NCBI GenBank assembly: GCA_051382305.1
Contig: JBBCAV010000114.1
Location: 1 to 36,561, forward strand
Direction: 5' to 3'
Length of the DNA stretch: 36,561 nt
From: Bdellovibrionota bacterium FG-2
GTDB lineage: Bacteria > Bdellovibrionota > UBA1018
Shown here: in pieces, positions 8,734-17,601 of the stretch
Numbering within the stretch: the first letter of the stretch is position 1
How the letters are laid out: each line of letters begins with the position of its first letter
Made by a program: the position numbers and the translations under genes
The notes under the pieces: generated by a model
Seen by the model: only the letters and a program-made list of their open reading frames with translations
Told to the model about the DNA's origin: nothing
Databases searched by the model: none

Positions 8734-9354
8734 CTATGACAACATTTCCAACTCCTCGGGCCGAGTCGGTACCGGAGAGAGTATTCGATTAAAGAGCTTA
8801 CTATAAATTCCAAGCGCATAGTTATGTAACTCAGAACAACCGGGCCCCCCAATCGTATTTACTAATTCGCCCTGAGTACTTCGCGGTGCTGGATATTTCG
8901 CCTGCCAGAGGATCTGCCTACTCAAAACTCTCAAAATCCAGGCATCCGCATCAACACAAGGCATACCAACGTGTTTCGCAACGGAAATAAGATCATGTGG
9001 AGCCTTTTTCCAAGGAAAGTCGATGTGAATTCGATCACCATTTGGACGAACAATAATTCCCTCTGGCTTCAGATCCACCCATAACCCCTTCAAACACGCT
9101 TCCACGGCATATCCCATAAGTAAGCGGTGACTCTCCTGAACTGCAATAAAATCTGCGTTGGCCGTACAGTCGATCCGCTCATTTCCGAAACCCACTTTCT
9201 CCTCAAGAGCCCTGCATTGTCTTTCAAGGTGTCGTCCGGACCGAAGCAGAGTCTCCGCGCGCTCTAACCAAGCACGTGGACTTTTCACGCGAGTTTCGAA
9301 CTCATTATCTGAATATCGTTCCGCATCCAGAAGTAACTCTGTTTTCTTCGCCAT
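8734..9354 (-). CDS. HEPN-like domain protein
   Basis: 'WLERAETLL...A/G', 'LMGYAVEACLKGL', 'HDLISVA' and 'KYP' follow the classical HEPN pattern. Confidence 0.65.
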   Translation of the reverse strand: MAKKTELLLDAERYSDNEFETRVKSPRAWLERAETLLRSGRHLERQCRALEEKVGFGNERIDCTANADFIAVQESHRLLMGYAVEACLKGLWVDLKPEGIIVRPNGDRIHIDFPWKKAPHDLISVAKHVGMPCVDADAWILRVLSRQILWQAKYPAPRSTQGELVNTIGGPGCSELHNYALGIYSKLFNRILSPVPTRPEELEMLS

Positions 9355-9507
9355 TGCTCTCCCTTACCACACCCAGACAGCTCCGATACAGGCTCAACTT
9401 AGTCCTGCTTCTACTCGTCTAACCTCTTCATGCGACAATTTCGTCCATGGGCTTTTTCGACAATTGCCACTCAGGAAGTCGTTTTGCCCGCGAAGGGATT
9501 ATCTACA

Positions 9508-9924
9508 ATGAAACAGGACGTTACCCCAGTAAACAAGCCTAAACGAGGCCGGCCCGCACGAGTTGCTGCGGAACGGATCAAAAAGGCTTGGCTTGAAAAC
9601 AAAAGAATTTCCCTTTCATTCTCCTGGACAGGAGAGGTCTCGCGCTACCGCTCGCGCGAAAGATTTGCACGCGAATGGGGCGTTTCACTTCGCCACCTCC
9701 GAAGAATCCTGAATCCAAAAGCTAGTACGCCTCACAGGGCTGAGGATTTTGTCCACCCACTTCCAATTGCGAATGCACCCATCGAGAACAAAACATGGGA
9801 ATGGACGAAATGCATGGAGGGGGCGAATGACTCGCTCTGGGATGAGGAGTTTATTGAAGCCAATAGAAGGGCAGAAGCAGCTCAGGACATCGCGCTGGAA
9901 CAGCTCAGAAAAGGGTATTTGTAG
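9508..9924 (+). CDS. Small HTH DNA-binding protein
   Basis: 'KRGRP' followed by 'SRERFAREWGVSLRHLRRIL' (HTH-like). Confidence 0.55.
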   Translation: MKQDVTPVNKPKRGRPARVAAERIKKAWLENKRISLSFSWTGEVSRYRSRERFAREWGVSLRHLRRILNPKASTPHRAEDFVHPLPIANAPIENKTWEWTKCMEGANDSLWDEEFIEANRRAEAAQDIALEQLRKGYL

Positions 9925-9956
9925 TCGAAGGTTCAGAGAGAATCGGCAGGTAGTTT

Positions 9957-10523
9957 TTAGTTGTCGCCGAAAGGTCCACCCAAAAGGATGAATCTACTTC
10001 GGTTTTGTTTGTATCCTTGTAGGCCAGAAAGAGCCTGCTCGATAGGGAGCTCAGAAGGGTACAGAAGATTAAGCGTGCGCGTCTCTGAAAATGTTCGTCC
10101 GTTCCTGATTTCGAAGCCAGCTACGTTTGTATTTTTCATCGACGCTTCCGGGCGGGGAGTGAGGTCTGCGAGATAGAGAGCTGGGCCTGGCAATTCCCCC
10201 GTCCAGAGAGCGAGAAGCCAATCGGGGTGATCTTTAGGGTAAACCTCCATCGAGGCGGCGAAATTGGTGATAGCATAGTACTGGAAGAGTGCCCTGATCA
10301 GGGAGAAGAAGTCCGCGGCCTCATCGGCACCTTCTAAAATTGCCTGAATAGTGAATGCCACGTCATTATTGACGGAGGAAGCAGCGGCGACCGCTGTCCC
10401 TCGGAAATATCCAAACTCCGCTAAATCGTTTCGGACGAAACCCATTACGTGTTGAATGACGGCAGAATGAAGGGGGCTTGTCCCATTTTTAAGTTTGGTC
10501 TCTATGCTCTCTTTTGTCGGCAC
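9957..10523 (-). CDS. Hypothetical protein
   Basis: 188-aa ORF, GTG start, AGGAG SD. Confidence 0.6.
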   Translation of the reverse strand: MPTKESIETKLKNGTSPLHSAVIQHVMGFVRNDLAEFGYFRGTAVAAASSVNNDVAFTIQAILEGADEAADFFSLIRALFQYYAITNFAASMEVYPKDHPDWLLALWTGELPGPALYLADLTPRPEASMKNTNVAGFEIRNGRTFSETRTLNLLYPSELPIEQALSGLQGYKQNRSRFILLGGPFGDN

Positions 10524-10531
10524 TGTGGGCT

Positions 10532-10559
10532 CCTATGCGGACATTATTGTCCACATAGG
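10532..10559. promoter_or_regulatory. 12-4-12 inverted repeat overlapping the SD of ORF 9957-10523
   Basis: CCTATGCGGACA-ttat-TGTCCACATAGG, 11/12 matched; the mismatch is a G-U pair on the minus-strand RNA. Confidence 0.55.
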
Positions 10560-10578
10560 CTAGAGCATGCTTTCAGAT

Positions 10579-11079
10579 CTATGACTCCGAAAGCCCGGCC
10601 GTGGCGGTCATCATCAGAGTGATCTCGGGAATCTTCCCAGGAGCGGTTAGGGCTAGGTCGTAGGGGATCGGTTCCCCAGCTTGGTAGCGAATGTCGCAAG
10701 GAAAATTGTCAAACATCTTGGGATCGGGCAGTACCAATGCCATACACTCCGGGTCCAAGCGATCAAGGGTGGCCTCAGACGCAGCCTCGAAGCGACTCGC
10801 ATTGAACCAGTCCTCAGCCCATTCCAGTCCTCCTTCTTGTGCGGGTCTTGCTTCCGAAAAGTCTCCCTCGGACACTACGCGAAGCAACGCACCTGAGTGT
10901 CGTATGAAAAGCTCGATGTGAAAACGAATTGTCTTAGCGATCCCGCCCTGAGTGATTAGCTCCATTGCACGGCAGCGGTGGTGTGAGGCTCCGAGATAGT
11001 ACGTGTCGACTTTGGAAATTTGAAATGGGGTCAGCCCAATCCGATAGCAGCCTTTGCCAATGATCTCGGAATAACGCAT
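10579..11079 (-). CDS. Hypothetical protein
   Basis: 166-aa ORF with a GGGAGG SD, following the lipoprotein gene. Confidence 0.6.
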   Translation of the reverse strand: MRYSEIIGKGCYRIGLTPFQISKVDTYYLGASHHRCRAMELITQGGIAKTIRFHIELFIRHSGALLRVVSEGDFSEARPAQEGGLEWAEDWFNASRFEAASEATLDRLDPECMALVLPDPKMFDNFPCDIRYQAGEPIPYDLALTAPGKIPEITLMMTATAGLSES

Positions 11080-11097
11080 TACAACCTCCCTTTGGCT

Positions 11098-12171
11098 TTA
11101 GAAGTGAGTTACGCCAAGAAAATATAGGCGAAAGGCATCTGAGTGGGTTGTTGCCACTACAAGTTGAGAGGAGTCGAAAATGGTGAGGAACTTAGTGTAA
11201 GGTTTCCCGCCAGAATCCTTCCCGAGGTACGGATAGGTAGTTGCGGGCAGCTCCCCCCAGCCTACAGGGCTCCCGTCCAACTGAAACTTCCATAAGAGGG
11301 GCGGCACTTGACCGGCGTAATTGCCACCAGCAACGTCGGGGTTCAACGCCCAGAGTTGGGCTGTGCCAAAGGCTTTTGGAGAAAAATATCCTTGGCCTTC
11401 ACCTTCCGACCAGCCAAAGGTTTTCCCACCAATTGTCGCCGAGGAGAGGCAACTGTTGAACGAGGTTGTTGCGACATCAAAACCCCTGACCCCATTTTGA
11501 ACGCCATTTGGAGTGGAAAAACCGTAGTAAGATACGAAGAAAAGCGTTCCCGTTACATAACCTAGGGAGGCAGGGAAACCATAGACGGCATTTCCAATAT
11601 CCGCTGCGCTGGGTATCGTAACCTTAGTCTGCTCGGCACAAGTTATTCGATCAAAAATACGAATGTCTGTTGTGCCCCCACCCTGACTTATGCTTCCAAA
11701 AGTATAAAATTTAGAGGTTGAATGCGCCAACCCTCCGTTGAAGTTTGTGTCATCAAGCATATCGCAGACAGGCGTCCACGTTGTTGCCGAAATAGTAGAG
11801 CTGTTGATGTACCAGCGAATGATTCCACTTCCGAGGTTTTTGCGTATCAATGCGTAGATGATGCCGCCATCTGAGGTCACTCCTCTTAGTGTCTCTGACG
11901 AAAGGAGCGAAGTGGTAATCACGTTGTCCACAGTGAAGTACCCGCCCGTCGTCGTAGTAAAATTCGAACTACTATTTCCTCCTGATCCGCTACCACCGGG
12001 TGTTGGTGAGGCTGAAACGCCCCCTGAGCCCTTGCTGGTCGCCGCCGGTGCAGGACCGAAATCCGTCGAAAGTACACCGGAAAAGTTTTCTCCGGAATGG
12101 TTAACGCCACAACAAGTTAATAGCAGTGTAACGAATACACTTAATAGAATATTGCCCCGTATGTTTACCAT
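11098..12171 (-). CDS. Putative lipoprotein with Gly/Ser linker and beta-rich (propeller-like) domain
   Basis: Lipobox-like 'LLLTCCG', a low-complexity GSGG linker, then beta-strand-rich sequence. ATG overlaps the stop of the PEGA gene. Confidence 0.7.
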   Translation of the reverse strand: MVNIRGNILLSVFVTLLLTCCGVNHSGENFSGVLSTDFGPAPAATSKGSGGVSASPTPGGSGSGGNSSSNFTTTTGGYFTVDNVITTSLLSSETLRGVTSDGGIIYALIRKNLGSGIIRWYINSSTISATTWTPVCDMLDDTNFNGGLAHSTSKFYTFGSISQGGGTTDIRIFDRITCAEQTKVTIPSAADIGNAVYGFPASLGYVTGTLFFVSYYGFSTPNGVQNGVRGFDVATTSFNSCLSSATIGGKTFGWSEGEGQGYFSPKAFGTAQLWALNPDVAGGNYAGQVPPLLWKFQLDGSPVGWGELPATTYPYLGKDSGGKPYTKFLTIFDSSQLVVATTHSDAFRLYFLGVTHF

Positions 12172-13892
12172 GCGAACAGAATCTCCAGGGCGCCAACCCA
12201 TTGCAGTCGACCTGCAATTCCCCCGTTGTTGCGGAAGTAATAGACCGACCCAGTCTCAACTCCGACCCCCCACTGAGCTCCATCGCCTTCTTCTATTTTT
12301 GAAAGGGTGCGTGCCCCAGTTAATATCCCGGCACCAACTTGCGATTTACTCGTACTGTGGGACACTCCATTCGCTGAATATGTCAGTGAGTACTGGTAGG
12401 AATTTGCCAGAAGGAGCGGCTTTAGAAGCCAGGCTCTGTATTTGTCGCTATTCGCTCTTGTCAGAATAATGGGGGTACCAATTTGAAGAGTCGTTATTGT
12501 GGCGGCGAGTTGCGCGTCCGCGTAGGACGCCTTACCCCAGCCAACCAATGTGGCCAGCTCGACGCCGAAGCGAGGAAATATTCGATATTGAGCCGAAACG
12601 CCAATTTGGTAGAGCGGCAAGGCTGGGTCAGAGACACCACTTGTAACGAACTGAGAAGGAATCAGAGCTAAAGTCCATCGTGGATTTCCAGATCGCTGAA
12701 GATGTTCCTCGGCTCGCTCCGTTTCTTCAAGGTTGCGCTTTCGCTCCGTTTCGGCAATCGATTCCAACGAAAAATGGGGGAGAGTTTTGCGTTCGCCGCC
12801 TCTGAGTTCAATTGCCTCTGTTTTTGATTCAAAGCCATCAAGAATAACTTCGATTGAATGTAGGCCTGCTTCAACCTGCATCATACCGGTCGGCGTCTTT
12901 GAATTAGAGACAAGCGATCCATCCATTTTCACCTTCGCCCCATTCGGTGTCGAAGTGATAGAGAGAAACGCAGGTTTCAGGGTCATATTTAGATTCAGTT
13001 CTCGTTGAGTGTTCTTCGCTACCTCCACCTCAGAAAGAAGGCGCTCCGCTTCCGCATGACTGATTTCAACTCGAATCTTCGTAGCAGCGGGGACGCTACC
13101 ATACTCAGTGGGCGTGGTTCCGACGAGCTTCCCATCAATGACAACTGTCGCATTGGGTAAGTCAGTTACCACTTTGAGCTTTCCAGTCGCGGAAAGCAGC
13201 GCTTTACTGACTTTTACCGTCGCACCTTGTACGACTATTATTTTTTCTTCCGCGCTCTCGAAGGCGGGGTGATCAAGGCGAATCATGTGCTCTCCCACTG
13301 GAAGTTGCCCCATTAGCCTGAGGGGCGATTTCCCCCAGCGCTCGCCGTCGATATAGACGGTTGCAATCGGCTTCGAGACTACTTCGACAACTCCCTTTAC
13401 CGAGTCTAGTTCAGAGCCCTGCTGGCTAAAGACGACCTTCGAATCCTCCTCTTTCACGCTTGCCAGGCGAGCCTTTTCTCGGGCGATAGCGGCCTTGGAA
13501 TACTTATAGAGAACCCATGCGCTCATTCTTCCTTCTGAGGATTGCTCACGGTAGAATCCAGTTTGCTCGAAGTCATGGATCTCAACTCTTCGAGAGATCT
13601 CCTGGATTCGTTTAGTGGACGCTGACTTGTCCACGGTTTCGTAACTCTGAGTTTGAATCTCGGTCTTGAATCCGAAGTTTTCCCGAATGGCCGCCTCTGA
13701 CGCATCTCGTGTAGCCTCTGAGACTGCGATCGACTCGTTAGGAGAGGCCGCCGCTCGCCCAACGTAGTACTTGAAGTGGGCGTCTTCGCCAGGTGGGTGC
13801 TCGACCCATTCCGGGCGACTACTTGCCCAAGTCACTCCACCAGCCAGCGTTAGGAAAATTACTAGGTGGGTGAACACTCTGTACCATGTCAC
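12165..13892 (-). CDS. Secreted LPP20-like + 3x PEGA + C-terminal outer-membrane beta-barrel-like protein
   Basis: Signal peptide, then 'RPEWV...YYVG' (LPP20-like). PEGA repeats 'ATVYIDGERWGKSP', 'ATVVIDGKLVGTTP', 'STPNGAKVKMDG'. Amphipathic strands ending in W. Confidence 0.8.
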   Translation of the reverse strand: MTWYRVFTHLVIFLTLAGGVTWASSRPEWVEHPPGEDAHFKYYVGRAAASPNESIAVSEATRDASEAAIRENFGFKTEIQTQSYETVDKSASTKRIQEISRRVEIHDFEQTGFYREQSSEGRMSAWVLYKYSKAAIAREKARLASVKEEDSKVVFSQQGSELDSVKGVVEVVSKPIATVYIDGERWGKSPLRLMGQLPVGEHMIRLDHPAFESAEEKIIVVQGATVKVSKALLSATGKLKVVTDLPNATVVIDGKLVGTTPTEYGSVPAATKIRVEISHAEAERLLSEVEVAKNTQRELNLNMTLKPAFLSITSTPNGAKVKMDGSLVSNSKTPTGMMQVEAGLHSIEVILDGFESKTEAIELRGGERKTLPHFSLESIAETERKRNLEETERAEEHLQRSGNPRWTLALIPSQFVTSGVSDPALPLYQIGVSAQYRIFPRFGVELATLVGWGKASYADAQLAATITTLQIGTPIILTRANSDKYRAWLLKPLLLANSYQYSLTYSANGVSHSTSKSQVGAGILTGARTLSKIEEGDGAQWGVGVETGSVYYFRNNGGIAGRLQWVGALEILFAW

Positions 13893-13912
13893 AGGTTACG
13901 CCTTTCGTTCGC

Positions 13913-14545
13913 CTAGTGAATCTCTCTGGGCGAGTCATTGGCTGGGGAACGGTCGCCTGCGGTGGGCTGCGAGGCAGTTTCGTGCTTAGCACCGAAGAAC
14001 TCAATATGTTTCTGAGCAATCTGCTCCTTAACTCGAGGGTCCGCCGCTTCGATCTTATGAACGATCGCAAGTTTCATTTTATTGTAATCACTTGAGGTAA
14101 CTTCGCCCACAACATAGCAATCAATGCGCTCATTATCGCCGATCTGGTACCGGACGAAATAGTCTTCTGTGAAGCGTAGGCCCGAAATCTTTCCCGCCAA
14201 CTCCGCGCTACGGCTCTTGTTCAAAAGAACCTCAGCGTTTTCGGAAAGCGTGGCTTCATGTGAATCCAGAGCACCTTTGACATCCTCTTGAATCCCACTA
14301 ATCACTGCCTCCTTCCCATTCAGACGAGCAAGGTCATAGCAGGCGTTTAGTCTCTCATTTCCACGAACTTGTTGACTCGCTTTGAAAAAGATTTTCCCGC
14401 CCTCTTCCCAAGTCGTGTGGCTGTTGCTCACCCAAGAAGGTTTGTTTGAACTTTCATCTAGGACGACTTTCTTAAGTCCTGTTGAACTGCATCCTGCAAA
14501 TACTGCCAAGCTCACTGTGGTCATTACGATCATTGCCTTTTTCAT
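13913..14545 (-). CDS. LPP20-like lipoprotein
   Basis: Lipobox 'VFAG|C', 'KPSWV', GAGGAG SD. Confidence 0.75.
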   Translation of the reverse strand: MKKAMIVMTTVSLAVFAGCSSTGLKKVVLDESSNKPSWVSNSHTTWEEGGKIFFKASQQVRGNERLNACYDLARLNGKEAVISGIQEDVKGALDSHEATLSENAEVLLNKSRSAELAGKISGLRFTEDYFVRYQIGDNERIDCYVVGEVTSSDYNKMKLAIVHKIEAADPRVKEQIAQKHIEFFGAKHETASQPTAGDRSPANDSPREIH

Positions 14546-14598
14546 ACGCTTCTCTCCTCATTTGGTTATTACGTTTTTGGTCATTTGTCTGGTTCTAC

Positions 14599-14847
14599 CT
14601 AGTAAGATCCTGTTTCCAATCGCGCACGAGCCGCGTCGTTCGCCCTCTTCCATCCAGGATAATACCCCATTAGCAACAAGAGAGCTGATAGGATGCAGAT
14701 ACCCCACAGCCACATAGGCATGTCCCGAATATTCGGAGGCCCTTCACGTCTTCCTTGAGTGGTTGCACTTCGGATCTCAGCGCGAAGCCTCTCTTCCTCT
14801 TCGATCTCATTTCTTCTTTCTTCCGATAGGGCCATCTTGTCCTCCAA
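14599..14847 (-). CDS. Small single-TM protein
   Basis: Charged 'EIEEEERLRAEIR' helix followed by a hydrophobic segment. The true start may be the ATG at 14835. Confidence 0.6.
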   Translation of the reverse strand: MEDKMALSEERRNEIEEEERLRAEIRSATTQGRREGPPNIRDMPMWLWGICILSALLLLMGYYPGWKRANDAARARLETGSY

Positions 14848-14874
14848 TATTAGTTAGTCTCAAGGGAGTTATTG

Positions 14875-15531
14875 TCACTTACTTGGTCCAAACAACGGAT
14901 ACACCCTGAAGTCATTTATGAGGACTCGGGAGGAGGGTTTGAATACAAAACTACGTCCGGAGGCTGGGGCGGCAACGTAAGTCTGATAAATCGTTTTCTT
15001 TATGTACTTGAATTTCGGGTCAAAAATATTAGAAGTTGTTGCTACGCTTATTTTGGTATTGAGGATTTGGGTAACTGCTTTTTGGTCACATGGCCGTGGC
15101 ACGAAAACTTGTCTTTTATCTCCTAGCTTATCAAATAGTGGATCTTCATATTGGCCTGAGTAGATGTTGTAATAGGCTGCGAAGCAGCCCCCGAGCTCAT
15201 TAATTGTTCCCGGCGCTCGGGTTCCAGAAAAAATACAGAATACCGAAGGTTCCCCGCAGGCTGCGAAGTCCCCTGGACGTGCCCGATTGTCGGGTTTTAT
15301 TGGCCACGGGCCACTATCCCACGATTCACAAGTCCCATTCTTCGATATTCGAGTGTAAATATCGGCGGACGCGTAAACACAAGCTCCCTTTGATTTCAAA
15401 AAGGCTTGAAGCTGCTCGGCGGATACAGTCTGCCAATGAACTTGCTCCGACAGTGCAAAGGTAGGCTTGAAAGAGAGTACAATAAGACTAAACGCCAATG
15501 AGATATTTGGATACCCTAGATTCCTTATCAT
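14875..15531 (-). CDS. Secreted Cys-containing hypothetical protein
   Basis: Signal-like N-terminus ending 'TFA|L', six Cys, ATGA coupling to the XRE gene. Confidence 0.65.
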   Translation of the reverse strand: MIRNLGYPNISLAFSLIVLSFKPTFALSEQVHWQTVSAEQLQAFLKSKGACVYASADIYTRISKNGTCESWDSGPWPIKPDNRARPGDFAACGEPSVFCIFSGTRAPGTINELGGCFAAYYNIYSGQYEDPLFDKLGDKRQVFVPRPCDQKAVTQILNTKISVATTSNIFDPKFKYIKKTIYQTYVAAPASGRSFVFKPSSRVLINDFRVYPLFGPSK

Positions 15532-15908
15532 GCGCCGTCTTTCCGCTTCAGTCGTTTCGCTTCAATCATAAAGATACCGCTGAATGCGGGGTCGTTTTGA
15601 ATGTCGAACATTTCCGCAAGTGCAGCCCCGCTTTTCACTTGTTCGCTGCGCTGACCGGTGAGAGCCCATTGAAAATCGAAGCCGAGCGCTTGGGAGAGCT
15701 TTAGTAGTGCCGGCGGATTATTGCATTGAGCACCGTTGACCCACTCATGGAGCACAGAGGGGCTGATCCCACAAAGTTGCGCAGCGGCGCGGATTGTAAT
15801 CTTTCGCTCCTCAAGAACGGCTTGAAGATTTGCTGCCAACGGAGTTGCCAATCGCTTGCGGCGCGGTTTTACCTTTTCTGATTTCACAACCTTCCTTTCG
15901 GCAACCAT
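15528..15908 (-). CDS. XRE-family HTH regulator (island B copy)
   Basis: 'NLQAVLEERKITIRAAAQLCGISPSVLHEWVNG'; paralog of 34546-34899. Confidence 0.88.
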   Translation of the reverse strand: MVAERKVVKSEKVKPRRKRLATPLAANLQAVLEERKITIRAAAQLCGISPSVLHEWVNGAQCNNPPALLKLSQALGFDFQWALTGQRSEQVKSGAALAEMFDIQNDPAFSGIFMIEAKRLKRKDGA

Positions 15909-15979
15909 GCGGAAAAGCCATACTCATATTCCGAAAACCGGACGATGTCCTGAAAACCGTACAACACTGGAGAAGGGAG

Positions 15980-16080
15980 GTCTCCGAAAACATCTGTTTT
16001 TGGTGACAACAACCTCATCATTCCGCGCTCCTATCTTTCCGCGGGTTTACGGAGGCGGTTACAGTTAGGTTTTCGGTGAC
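15980..16080. other. Putative res site of the island B resolvase
   Basis: GTCTCCGAAAAC-atct-GTTTTTGGTGAC (28 bp, 15980-16007), plus half-sites GTTTACGGAGGC (16045) and GTTTTCGGTGAC (16069). Confidence 0.55.
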
Positions 16081-16659
16081 GCGCTTGAGTGTCCGATGAA
16101 CCAGGCCTCTGCTCACCTCGAGCTGACGCGTAATCTCCCTATGCGACAATCCTTCGCTCCGCAGTCGGAGGATGTCTGCCTCTTTGGGAGAGCGAGGACG
16201 CCCCAAGCGCTTGCCGCAATTTTTGGCATGAACGAGCCCCGCCTTGACTCTTTTGCGGATGAGTTCGCGTTCGAACTGGCCCAAACTTCCAAGCACCTGA
16301 ATGAAAAATTTCCCCGCGCTTGTCGACCAGTCTAGGGAGTCTCTGACCGCGACAAATGTCACTCCGAGCTGTTCGAACTCTTCGAGCGTGAGAATGAGAT
16401 GCTTGAGGCTTCTAAAAAGGCGATCAAGCTTTGTGACAACAACAGCGTCGACTTCTCTTCGACGAACGAGCGCGAGGAGTTCCTTGAGTCCGGGACGCTG
16501 GTCTGTTCCACCACTGTACCCGTGGTCGACGATCTCTTTTGTCAGCGTCCACCCTCGCGCAGAACAGTAACGGCGTAACTCCGCTTGCTGAGCATCCGTG
16601 CTCTGGTTTTGGGTTGTGGAGACGCGGGAGTAACTAAGTGCACGGAGTGGAGGATTCAT
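16018..16659 (-). CDS. Small serine recombinase (resolvase/invertase) with C-terminal HTH
   Basis: 'YSRVST', 'DHGYSGG...RPGL', 'KLDRLFRS', 'ERELIRKRVKAG...GRP'. Start codon uncertain (16659 or 16671). Confidence 0.93.
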   Translation of the reverse strand: MNPPLRALSYSRVSTTQNQSTDAQQAELRRYCSARGWTLTKEIVDHGYSGGTDQRPGLKELLALVRRREVDAVVVTKLDRLFRSLKHLILTLEEFEQLGVTFVAVRDSLDWSTSAGKFFIQVLGSLGQFERELIRKRVKAGLVHAKNCGKRLGRPRSPKEADILRLRSEGLSHREITRQLEVSRGLVHRTLKRVTENLTVTASVNPRKDRSAE

Positions 16660-16985
16660 TTCAGCGTCCATCCCTCGAATGCTTTGGTTCTCGTTGTTCG
16701 AGCAATCATCATGTACGACCTCCAACCCTTTCCCACTCTTTCAATGTTGGCACCTCCAGCCACAAGGCGTCATCAAATTGACTGGAAACTCCGCCTCTTT
16801 GTCGAACCACTTCTGAAAAATTGGGAGCTTTAATCGCAACCACTCTTGTGCATTGAGCCATTAAAGAAATAATCACTAGATTCATCGCGAAAAGCACAAA
16901 GAATTTTCTCCCTGGTTAACCCCACGATTAAAGAGAAAAGAATGGATCGCAAGCCAATTTAGGTTCGTGCCACTGCCAAATTGGC

Positions 16986-17444
16986 ATGCTAGAATTTAGA
17001 TCTATGCTAAAAAAGACCGCTGTTATTGTTCGGCCCATCGAAATGGGAGAAGACAGAGTGGTTACTTCAATAACTAAAGCCTCTTCCGAAACCGGAGTAC
17101 CACTTGGTACAATTACCATCGCTTGCAATAAGGCCAAGATTAGTCAAAAGCCAGAGCCCGCCGGCGGCGTGTATTCCTTTAAACGCGTTGATGATTTTGA
17201 GCCCGTTCGCAGCTTCCAACATAAATTTCTAGTCGTGACCAAGGGGAAAAAGGAGAGTCTGTGTCGCAATCGCGTCGAAGCACAAAAACGACTGGCCGAA
17301 CTCAGAGAAGGTGTGGTGACGCTGTATGGAATTGACAGAGCAATACGAAAAAAACAAGATCCAAAGGTAAACTACGAAGTTCGGGTCGCGACCGCATCAG
17401 ATATAGAGCGACTTTCAAAGAAGTACAATGGCACAAAGAAGTGA
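16986..17444 (+). CDS. Protein with NUMOD1-like DNA-binding motif
   Basis: 'TSITKASSETGVPLGTITIACNK...AGGVYSFK' resembles the NUMOD1/IENR1 HTH; no nuclease domain seen. Confidence 0.5.
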   Translation: MLEFRSMLKKTAVIVRPIEMGEDRVVTSITKASSETGVPLGTITIACNKAKISQKPEPAGGVYSFKRVDDFEPVRSFQHKFLVVTKGKKESLCRNRVEAQKRLAELREGVVTLYGIDRAIRKKQDPKVNYEVRVATASDIERLSKKYNGTKK

Positions 17445-17601
17445 CTCTAGATTCGCCCACAGAAGCGCTGTTTCTATATTTTGTAAAAGGACTCGCTTCA
17501 GCTAATCTATTCAAGCGTACAATATCCAACTCCCATCACGTTTTTTTTAGAGTAGTGGCAGATGGAAGGAAAAACCCTTCGGCAGTAAGAGCCGGTTTAA
17601 T

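Noticed and set aside
11858-12469. 203-aa plus-strand ORF and other antisense ORFs (e.g. 18498-18983, 33705-34226, 35808-36368)
   Set aside because: Shadow frames of well-supported genes on the opposite strand, with no motifs.
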